Part shown: in pieces, positions 1 to 10,900 of the stretch
How the letters are laid out: each line of letters starts with the position of its first letter
Numbering within the stretch: position 1 is the first letter of the stretch
Origin: Auanema rhodensis
Taxonomy: Eukaryota > Animalia > Nematoda
NCBI GenBank assembly: GCA_964057225.1
Contig: OZ059896.1
Span: 5,766,001-5,830,000, forward strand
Reading direction: 5' to 3'
Length of the DNA stretch: 64,000 bases
Notes under the pieces: generated by a model
Told to the model about the DNA's origin: nothing
What the model saw: the letters and a program-made list of their open reading frames with translations, nothing else
Databases searched by the model: none
Position numbers and translations under genes: made by a program

Positions 1-3000
1 AACTCGCTTCACGTGAAAGATAAAGAGATGCGGTTTTCAAAATTAGATTCCCCATGTCAATATTAGTCTAAAAACAAATTTTTATTGATATTGGTGCAGG
101 GTAACCATGACTTTGAAATTTACGTGAACTTTAATTTATGCTAATTAAATGTACACGTGATGTGCACTTGGTATGTAACTCGCTTCACGTGAAAGATAAA
201 GAGATGCGGTTTTCAAAATTAGATTTCCCATGTCCATATTAGTCTAAAAACAAATTTTTATTGATATTGGTGCATGGTAACCATGACTTTGAAATTTACG
301 TGAACTTTAATTTATGCTAATTAAATGTACACGTGATGTGCACTTGGTATGTAACTCGCTTCACGTGAAAGATAAAGAGATGCGGTTTTCAAAATTAGAT
401 TCCCCATGTCCATGTTAGTCTAAAAACAAATTTTTATTGATATTGGTTCATGGTAACCATGACTTTGAAATTTACGTGAACTTTAATTTATGCTAATTAA
501 ATGTACACGTGATGTGCACTTGGTATGTAACTCGCTTCACGTGAAAAATAAAGAGATGCGGTTTTCAAAATTAGATTTCCCATGTCAATATTAGTCTAAA
601 AACAAATTTTTATTGATATTGGTGCAGGGTAACCATGACTTTGAAATTTACGTGAACTTTAATTTATGCTAATTAAATGTACACGTGATGTGCACTTGGT
701 ATGTAACTCGCTTCACGTGAAAGATAAAGAGATGCGGTTTTCAAAATTAGATTTCCCATGTCCATATTAGTCTAAAAACAAATTTTTATTGATATTGGTG
801 CATGGTAACCATGACTTTGAAATTTACGTGAACTTTAATTTATGCTAATTAAATGTACACGTGATGTGCACTTGGTATGTAACTCGCTTCACGTGAAAGA
901 TAAAGAGATGCGGTTTTCAAAATTAGATTCCCCATGTCCATATTAGTCTAAAAACAAATTTTTATTGATATTGGTGCATGGTAACCATGACTTTGAAATT
1001 TACGTGAACTTTAATTTATGCTAATTAAATGTACACGTGATGTGCACTTGGTATGTAACTCGCTTCACGTGAAAGATAAAGAGATGCGGTTTTCAAAATT
1101 AGATTTCCCATGTCCATATTAGTCTAAAAACAAATTTTTATTGATATTGGTGCATGGTAACCATGACTTTGAAATTTACGTGAACTTTAATTTATGCTAA
1201 TTAAATGTACACGTGATGTGCACTTGGTATGTAACTCGCTTCATGTGAAAGATAAAGAGATGCGGTTTTCAAAATTAGATTCCCCATGTCCATATTAGTC
1301 TAAAAACAAATTGTTATTGATGTTGGTGCATGGTAACCATGACTTTGAAATTTACGTGAACTTTAATTTATGCTAATTAAATGTACACGTGATGTGCACT
1401 TGGTATGTAACTCGCTTCACGTGAAGGATAAAGAGATGCGGTTTTCAAAATTAGATTCCCCATGTCAATATTAGTCTAAAAACAAATTTTTATTGATATT
1501 GGTGCAGGGTAACCATGACTTTGAAATTTACGTGAACTTTAATTTATGCTAATTAAATGTACACGTGATGTGCACTTGGTATGTAACTCGCTTCACGTTA
1601 AAGATAAAGAGATGCGGTTTTCAAAATTAAATTTCCCATGTCCATATTAGTCTAAAAACAAATTTTTATTGACATTGGTTCATGGTAACCATGACTTTGA
1701 AATTTACGTGAACTTTAATTAATGCTAATTAAATGTACACGTGATGTGCACTTGGTATGTAACTCGCTTCACGTGAAAGATAAAGAGATGCGGTTTTCAA
1801 AATTAGATTCCCCATGTCAATATTAGTCTAAAAACAAATTTTTATTGATATTGGTGCAGGGTAACCATGACTTTGAAATTTACGTGAACTTTAATTTATG
1901 CTAATTAAATGTACACGTGATGTGCACTTGGTATGTAACTCGCTTCACGTGAAAGATAAAGAGATGCGGTTTTCAAAATTAGATTTCCCATGTCCATATT
2001 AGTCTAAAAACAAATTTTTATTGATATTGGTGCATGGTAACCATGACTTTGAAATTTACGTGAACTTTAATTTATGCTAATTAAATGTACACGTGATGTG
2101 CACTTGGTATGTAACTCGCTTCACGTGAAAGATAAAGAGATGCGGTTTTCAAAATTAGATTCCCCATGTCCATATTAGTCTAAAAACAAATTTTTATTGA
2201 TATTGGTTCATGGTAACCATGACTTTGAAATTTACGTGAACTTTAATTTATGCTAATTAAATGTACACGTGATGTGCACTTGGTATGTAACTCGCTTCAC
2301 GTGAAAGATAAAGAGATGCGGTTTTCAAAATTAAATTTCCCATGTCCATATTAGTCTAAAAACAAATTGTTATTGATGTTGGTGCATGGTAACCATGACT
2401 TTGAAATTTACGTGAACTTTAATTTATGCTAATTAAATGTACACGTGATGTGCACTTGGTATGTAACTCGCTTCACGTGAAAGATAAAGAGATGCGGTTT
2501 TCAAAATTAGATTCCCCATGTCAATATTAGTCTAAAAACAAATTTTTATTGATATTGGTGCAGGGTAACCATGACTTTGAAATTTACGTGAACTTTAATT
2601 TATGCTAATTAAATGTACACGTGATGTGCACTTGGTATGTAACTCGCTTCACGTGAAAGATAAAGAGATGCTGTTTTCAAAATTAGATTCCCCATGTCCA
2701 TATTAGTCTAAAAACAAATTTTTATTGACATTGGTTCATGGTAACCATGACTTTGAAATTTACGTGAACTTTAATTTATGCTAATTAAATGTACACGTGA
2801 TGTGCACTTGGTATGTAACTCGCTTCACGTGAAAGATAAAGAGATGCGGTTTTCAAAATTAAATTTCCCATGTCCATATTAGTCTAAAAACAAATTGTTA
2901 TTGATGTTGGTGCATGGTAACCATGACTTTGAAATTTACGTGAACTTTAATTTATGCTAATTAAATGTACACGTGATGTGCACTTGGTATGTAACTCGCT

Positions 3001-4215
3001 TCACGTGAAAGATAAAGAGATGCGGTTTTCAAAATTAGATTCCCCATGTCAATATTAGTCTAAAAACAAATTTTTATTGATATTGGTGCAGGGTAACCAT
3101 GACTTTGAAATTTACGTGAACCTTAATTTATGCTAATTAAATGTACACGTGATGTGCACTTGGTATGTAACTCGCTTCACGTGAAAGATAAAGAGATGCG
3201 GTTTTCAAAATTAAATTTCCCATGTCCATATTAGTCTAAAAACAAATTGTTATTGATGTTGGTGCATGGTAACCATGACTTTGAAATTTACGTGAACTTT
3301 AATTAATGCTAATTAAATGTACACGTGATGTGCACTTGGTATGTAACTCGCTTCACGTGAAAGATAAAGAGATGCGGTTTTCAAAATTAGATTCCCCATG
3401 TCAATATTAGTCTAAAAACAAATTTTTATTGATATTGGTGCAGGGTAACCATGACTTTGAAATTTACGTGAACTTTAATTTATGCTAATTAAATGTACAC
3501 GTGATGTGCACTTGGTATGTAACTCGCTTCACGTGAAAGATAAAGAGATGCGGTTTTCAAAATTAGATTTCCCATGTCCATATTAGTCTAAAAACAAATT
3601 TTTATTGACATTGGTTCATGGTAACCATGACTTTGAAATTTACGTGAACTTTAATTTATGCTAATTAAATGTACACGTGATGTGCACTTGGTATGTAACT
3701 CGCTTCACGTGAAAGATAAAGAGATGCGGTTTTCAAAATTAGATTCCCCATGTCAATATTAGTCTAAAAACAAATTTTTATTGATATTGGTGCAGGGTAA
3801 CCATGACTTTGAAATTTACGTGAACTTTAATTTATGCTAATTAAATGTACACGTGATGTGCACTTGGTATGTAACTCGCTTCACGTGGAAGATAAAGAGA
3901 TGCGGTTTTCAAAATTAGATTTCCCATGTCCATATTAGTCTAAAAACAAATTTTTATTGATATTGGTGCATGGTAACCATGACTTTGAAATTTACGTGAA
4001 CTTTAATTTATGCTAATTAAATGTACACGTGATGTGCACTTGGTATGTAACTCGCTTCACGTGAAAGATAAAGAGATGCGGTTTTCAAAATTAGATTCCC
4101 CATGTCCATATTAGTCTAAAAACAAATTTTTATTGATATTGGTTCATGGTAACCATGACTTTGAAATTTACGTGAACTTTAATTTATGCTAATTAAATGT
4201 ACACGTGATGTGCAC
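1..4215. repeat. 176-bp tandem satellite array (about 24 monomers, last truncated by 9 bp; continues off the left edge)
   Basis: AACTCGCTTCACGTGAAAG recurs at 1, 177, 353 ... 881, 1761, 2641, 3521 and 4049, exactly 1+176n. Monomers differ only by a few substitutions. Confidence 0.99.
8..17. other. Palindrome TTCACGTGAA with a CACGTG core, present in most 176-bp monomers (representative copy)
   Basis: Perfect 10-bp palindrome read directly. A second CACGTG lies at 154-159 and TACGTG at 121-126. Function is unknown. Confidence 0.85.
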
Positions 4216-4225
4216 CACTCAACAT
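4197..4225. other. Junction between the 176-bp and 351-bp satellite arrays
   Basis: ...ATGTACACGTGATGTGCAC (176-bp unit, ends 4215) is joined directly to CACTCAACATTG (351-bp unit, starts 4216) with no spacer. Confidence 0.95.
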
Positions 4226-4375
4226 TGCTTCCAAAAACATTTTGACAAAAATTTTTTCGAAACATTTCAAAATAATTTAGCGAAAAGTAGATGTTTTTAG
4301 ATTCCTTTTTTCGAGGCAAAAACGATAGACAATGTTATTCAACGAAAAAATTAATTCTTCAGGGTGAAAATCGAG

Positions 4376-4397
4376 GATATAAGTGTGAACTTATATC
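4376..4397. other. 9-bp inverted repeat GATATAAGT-gtga-ACTTATATC in the 351-bp monomer (representative copy)
   Basis: The arms are exact reverse complements around a 4-nt loop. The common GATATAGGT variant gives a G-T pair. Confidence 0.9.
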
Positions 4398-4407
4398 AGT
4401 TGATATC

Positions 4408-4474
4408 TCGGTGCATTTTTAAGCTAGCGCAAATCTGATAACACAGATCGACGCAGCTTAAAAGTCCGCATCGA
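4408..4474. other. 67-nt imperfect hairpin (about 26 paired positions) in each full-length 351-bp monomer (representative copy)
   Basis: TCGGTGC/GCATCGA, ATTTTTAAGCT/AGCTTAAAA(A/G)T, GCG/CGC and ATCTG/CAGAT are nested around the loop ATAACA. Confidence 0.88.
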
Positions 4475-4898
4475 ATGCATTATACTACATGGAGAAACGC
4501 TCATCACAAAAATTAGTTATGATCGTTTGAAAAATGATGCATTAGTGTATGTTGAGTTTCCATGTACACTCAATATTGCTTCCAAAAACATTTTGACAAA
4601 ATTTTTTCGAAAAATTTCAAAATAATTTCGCAAAAAGTAGATGTTTTTAGATTCCTTTTTTTGAGGCAAAAACGATGGACAATGTTATTCAACGAAAAAA
4701 TTAATTCTTCAGGGTGAAAATCGAGGATATAAGTGTGAACTTATATCAGTTAATATCTCGGTGCATTTTTAAGCTAGCGCAAATCTGATAACACAGATCG
4801 ACGCAGCTTAAAAGTCCGCATCGAATGCACTATACTACATTAAGAAAAGCTCAATACAAAAATTAGTTATGATCGTTTGAAAAATGATGCATTAGTGT

Positions 4899-4926
4899 AT
4901 GTTGAGTTTCCATGTACACTCAACAT
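4899..4926. other. 9-bp inverted repeat ATGTTGAGT-ttccatgtac-ACTCAACAT in the 351-bp monomer (representative copy)
   Basis: Exact reverse-complement arms in CAAC-type monomers. The stem is shortened to 6 bp in CAAA-type monomers. Confidence 0.85.
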
Positions 4927-7900
4927 TGCTTCCAAAAACATTTTGACCAAAATTTTTTCGAAAAATTTCAAAATAATTTAGCAAAAAGTAGATGTTTTTA
5001 GATTCCTTTTTTCAAGGCAAAAACGATGGACAATGTTATCCAACGAAAAAATTAATTCTTCAGGGTGAAAATCGAGGATATAAGTGTGAACTTATATCAG
5101 TTGATATCTCGGTGCATTTTTAAGCTAGCGCAAATCTGATAACACAGATCGACGCAGCTTAAAAGTCCGCATCGAATGCACTATACTACATTAAGAAAAG
5201 CTTAATACAAAAATTAGTAATGATCGTTTGAAAAATGATGCATTAGTGTATGTTGAGTTTCCATGTACACTCAACATTGCTTCCAAAAACATTTTGACAA
5301 AAATTTTTTCGAAACATTTCAAAATAATTTAGCGAAAAGTAGATGTTTTTAGATTCCTTTTTTCGAGGCAAAAACGATAGACAATGTTATTCAACGAAAA
5401 AATTAATTCTTCAGGGTGAAAATCGAGGATATAAGTGTGAACTTATATCAGTTGATATCTCGGTGCATTTTTAAGCTAGCGCAAATCTGATAACACAGAT
5501 CGACGCAGCTTAAAAGTCCGCATCGAATGCATTATACTACATGGAGAAACGCTCATCACAAAAATTAGTTATGATCGTTTGAAAAATGATGCATTAGTGT
5601 ATGTTGAGTTTCCATGTACACTCAATATTGCTTCCAAAAACATTTTGACAAAATTTTTTCGAAAAATTTCAAAATAATTTAGCGAAAAGTAGATGTTTTT
5701 AGATTCCTTTTTTCAAGGCAAAAACGATGGACAATGTTATTCAACGAAAAAATTAATTCTTCAGGGTGAAAATCGAGGATATAAGTGTGAACTTATATCA
5801 GTTGATATCTCGGTGCATTTTTCAGCTAGCGCAAATCTGATAACACAGATCGACGCAGCTTAAAAATTCGCATCGAATGCACTATACTACATTAAGAAAA
5901 GCTTAATACAAAAATTAGTTATGATCGTTTGAAAAATGATGCAATAGTGTATGTTGAGTTTCCATGTACACTCAAAATTGCTTCCAAAAACATTTTGACA
6001 AAAATTTTTTCGAAAAATTTCAAAATAATTTAGCAAAAAGTAGATGTTTTTAGATTTCTTTTTTCAAGGCAAAAACGATGGACAATGTTATTCAACGAAA
6101 AAATTAATTCTTCAGGGTGAAAATCGAGGATATAAGTGTGAACTTATATCAGTTGATATCTCGGTGCATTTTCAAGCTAGCGGAAATCTGATAACACAGA
6201 TCGACGCAGCTTAAAAATCCGCATCGAATGCACTATACTACATTAAAAAAAGCTTAATACAAAAATTAGTTATGATCGTTTGAAAAATGATGCATTAGTG
6301 TATGTTGAGTTTCCATGTACACTCAAAATTGCTTCCAAAAACATTTTGACAAAAATTTTTTCGAAACATTTCAAAATAATTTAGCAAAAAATAGATGTTT
6401 TTAGATTCCTTTTTTCAAGGCAAAAACGATGGACAATGTTATCCAACGAAAAAATTAATTCTTCAGGGTGAAAATCGAGGATATAAGTGTGAACTTATAT
6501 CAGTTGATATCTCGGTGCATTTTTAAGCTAGCGCAAATCTGATAACACAGATCGACGCAGCTTAAAAGTCCGCATCGAATGCACTATACTACATGGAGAA
6601 ACGCTCATCACAAAAATTAGTTATGATCGTTTGAAAAATGATGCATTAGTGTATGTTGAGTTTCCATGTACACTCAATATTGCTTCCAAAAACATTTTGA
6701 CAAAATTTTTTCGAAAAATTTCAAAATAATTTAGCGAAAAGTAGATGTTTTTAGATTCCTTTTTTCAAGGCAAAAACGATGGACAATGTTATCCAACGAA
6801 AAAATTAATTCTTCAGGGTGAAAATCGAGGATATAAGTGTGAACTTATATCAGTTGATATCTCGGTGCATTTTTAAGCTAGCGCAAATCTAATAACACAG
6901 ATCGACGCAGCTTAAAAGTCCGCATCGAATGCACTATACTACATTAAGAAAAGCTTAATACAAAAATTAGTTATGATCGTTTGAAAAATGATGCATTAGT
7001 GTATGTTGAGTTTCCATGTACACTCAACATTGCTTCCAAAAACATTTTGACAAAAATTTTTTCGAAACATTTCAAAATAATTTAGCGAAAAGTAGATGTT
7101 TTTAGATTCCTTTTTTCGAGGCAAAAACGATAGACAATGTTATTCAACGAAAAAATTAATTCTTCAGGGTGAAAATCGAGGATATAAGTGTGAACTTATA
7201 TCAGTTGATATCTCGGTGCATTTTTAAGCTAGCGCAAATCTGATAACACAGATCGACGCAGCTTAAAAGTCCGCATCGAATGCATTATACTACATGGAGA
7301 AACGCTCATCACAAAAATTAGTTATGATCGTTTGAAAAATGATGCATTAGTGTATGTTGAGTTTCCATGTACACTCAATATTGCTTCCAAAAACATTTTG
7401 ACAAAATTTTTTCGAAAAATTTCAAAATAATTTAGCGAAAAGTAGATGTTTTTAGATTCCTTTTTTCAAGGCAAAAACGATGGACAATGTTATTCAACGA
7501 AAAAATTAATTCTTCAGGGTGAAAATCGAGGATATAAGTGTGAACTTATATCAGTTGATATCTCGGTGCATTTTTCAGCTAGCGCAAATCTGATAACACA
7601 GATCGACGCAGCTTAAAAATTCGCATCGAATGCACTATACTACATTAAGAAAAGCTTAATACAAAAATTAGTTATGATCGTTTGAAAAATGATGCAATAG
7701 TGTATGTTGAGTTTCCATGTACACTCAAAATTGCTTCCAAAAACATTTTGACAAAAATTTTTTCGAAAAATTTCAAAATAATTTAGCAAAAAGTAGATGT
7801 TTTTAGATTTCTTTTTTCAAGGCAAAAACGATGGACAATGTTATTCAACGAAAAAATTAATTCTTCAGGGTGAAAATCGAGGATATAAGTGTGAACTTAT

Positions 7901-10900
7901 ATCAGTTGATATCTCGGTGCATTTTCAAGCTAGCGGAAATCTGATAACACAGATCGACGCAGCTTAAAAATCCGCATCGAATGCACTATACTACATTAAA
8001 AAAAGCTTAATACAAAAATTAGTTATGATCGTTTGAAAAATGATGCATTAGTGTATGTTGAGTTTCCATGTACACTCAAAATTGCTTCCAAAAACATTTT
8101 GACAAAAATTTTTTCGAAACATTTCAAAATAATTTAGCAAAAAATAGATGTTTTTAGATTCCTTTTTTCAAGGCAAAAACGATGGACAATGTTATCCAAC
8201 GAAAAAATTAATTCTTCAGGGTGAAAATCGAGGATATAAGTGTGAACTTATATCAGTTGATATCTCGGTGCATTTTTAAGCTAGCGCAAATCTGATAACA
8301 CAGATCGACGCAGCTTAAAAGTCCGCATCGAATGCACTATACTACATTAAGAAAAGCTCAATACAAAAATTAGTTATGATCGTTTGAAAAATGATGCATT
8401 AGTGTATGTTGAGTTTCCATGTACACTCAACATTGCTTCCAAAAACATTTTGACAAAAATTTTTTCGAAACATTTCAAAATAATTTGTCGAAAAGTAGAT
8501 GTTTTTAGATTCCTTTTTTCGAGGCAAAAACGATAGACAATGTTATTCAACGAAAAAATTAATTCTTCAGGGTGAAAATCGAGGATATAAGTGTGAACTT
8601 ATATCAGTTGATATCTCGGTGCATTTTTAAGCTAGCGCAAATCTGATAACATAGATCGACGCAGCTTAAAAATCCGCATCGAATGCACTATACTACATGG
8701 AGAAACGCTCATCGCAAAAATTAGTTATGATCGTTTGAAAAATGATGCATTAGTGTATGTTGAGTTTCCATGTACACTCAACATTGCTTCCAAAAACATT
8801 TTGACAAAAATTTTTTCGAAAAATTTCAAAATAATTTAGCAAAAAGTAGATGTTTTTAGATTCCTTTTTTCAAGGCAAAAACGATGGACAATGTTATCCA
8901 ACGAAAAAATTAATTCTTCAGGGTGAAAATCGAGGATATAAGTGTGAACTTATATCAGTTAATATCTCGGTGCATTTTTAAGCTAGCGCAAATCTGATAA
9001 CACAGATCGACGCAGCTTAAAAGTCCGCATCGAATGCACTATACTACATTAAGAAAAGCTCAATACAAAAATTAGTTATGATCGTTTGAAAAATGATGCA
9101 TTAGTGTATGTTGAGTTTCCATGTACACTCAACATTGCTTCCAAAAACATTTTGACAAAAATTTTTTCGAAACATTTCAAAATAATTTAGCGAAAAGTAG
9201 ATGTTTTTAGATTCCTTTTTTCGAGGCAAAAACGATAGACAATGTTATTCAACGAAAAAATTAATTCTTCAGGGTGAAAATCGAGGATATAAGTGTGAAC
9301 TTATATCAGTTGATATCTCGGTGCATTTTTAAGCTAGCGCAAATCTGATAACACAGATCGACGCAGCTTAAAAGTCCGCATCGAATGCATTATACTACAT
9401 GGAGAAACGCTCATCACAAAAATTAGTTATGATCGTTTGAAAAATGATGCATTAGTGTATGTTGAGTTTCCATGTACACTCAATATTGCTTCCAAAAACA
9501 TTTTGACAAAATTTTTTCGAAAAATTTCAAAATAATTTAGCGAAAAGTAGATGTTTTTAGATTCCTTTTTTCAAGGCAAAAACGATGGACAATGTTATTC
9601 AACGAAAAAATTAATTCTTCAGGGTGAAAATCGAGGATATAGGTGTGAACTTATATCAGTTGATATCTCGGTGCATTTTCAAGCTAGCGCAAATCTGATA
9701 ACACAGATCGACGCAGCTTAAAAATCCGCATCGAATGCACTATACTACATTGAGAAACGCTTAATACAAAAATTAGTTATGATCGTTTGAAAAATGATGC
9801 AATAGTGTATGTTGAGTTTCCATGTACACTCAAAATTGCTTCCAAAAACATTTTGACAAAAATTTTTTCGAAAAATTTCAAAATAATTTAGCAAAAAGTA
9901 GATGTTTTTAGATTCCTTTTTTCAAGGCAAAAACGATGGACAATGTTATTCAACGAAAAAATTTATTCTTCAGGGTGAAAATCGAGGATATAAGTGTGAA
10001 CTTATATCAGTTGATATCTCGGTGCATTTTCAAGCTAGCGGAAATCTGATAACACAGATCGACGCAGCTTAAAAATCCGCATCGAATGCACTATACTACA
10101 TTAAGAAAAGCTTAATACAAAAATTAGTTATGATCGTTTGAAAAATGATGCATTAGTGTATGTTGAGTTTCCATGTACACTCAAAATTGCTTCCAAAAAC
10201 ATTTTGACAAAAATTTTTTCGAAACATTTCAAAATAATTTAGCAAAAAATAGATGTTTTTAGATTCCTTTTTTCAAGGCAAAAACGATGGACAATGTTAT
10301 CCAACGAAAAAATTAATTCTTCAGGGTGAAAATCGAGGATATAAGTGTGAACTTATATCAGTTGATATCTCGGTGCATTTTTAAGCTAGCGCAAATCTGA
10401 TAACACAGATCGACGCAGCTTAAAAGTCCGCATCGAATGCACTATACTACATTAAGAAAAGCTCAATACAAAAATTAGTTATGATCGTTTGAAAAATGAT
10501 GCATTAGTGTATGTTGAGTTTCCATGTACACTCAACATTGCTTCCAAAAACATTTTGACAAAAATTTTTTCGAAACATTTCAAAATAATTTCGCAAAAAG
10601 TAGATGTTTTCAGATTCCTTTTTTCAAGGCAAAGACGATGGACAATGTTATTCAACGAAAAAATTTATTCTTCAGGGTGAAAATCGAGGATATAAGTGTG
10701 AACTTATATCAGTTGATATCTCGGTGCATTTTTAAGCTAGCGCAAATCTGATAACACAGATCGACGCAGCTTAAAAGTCCGCATCGAATGCACTATACTA
10801 CATTAAGAAAAGCTCAATACAAAAATTAGTTATGATCGTTTGAAAAATGATGCACTAGTGTATGTTGAGTTTCCATGTACACTCAACATTGCTTCCAAAA

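Noticed and set aside
4216-4566. The 351-bp monomer as an obvious dimer of two roughly 176-bp halves
   Set aside because: I could not see internal similarity at a lag of about 175 by eye. Internal repeated words such as ACAAAAATT fall at other lags. A formal self-alignment is still needed.
4606-4622. CENP-B box (nTTCGnnnnAnnCGGGn)
   Set aside because: TTCGAAAAA fits the first half, but the required CGGG is absent.
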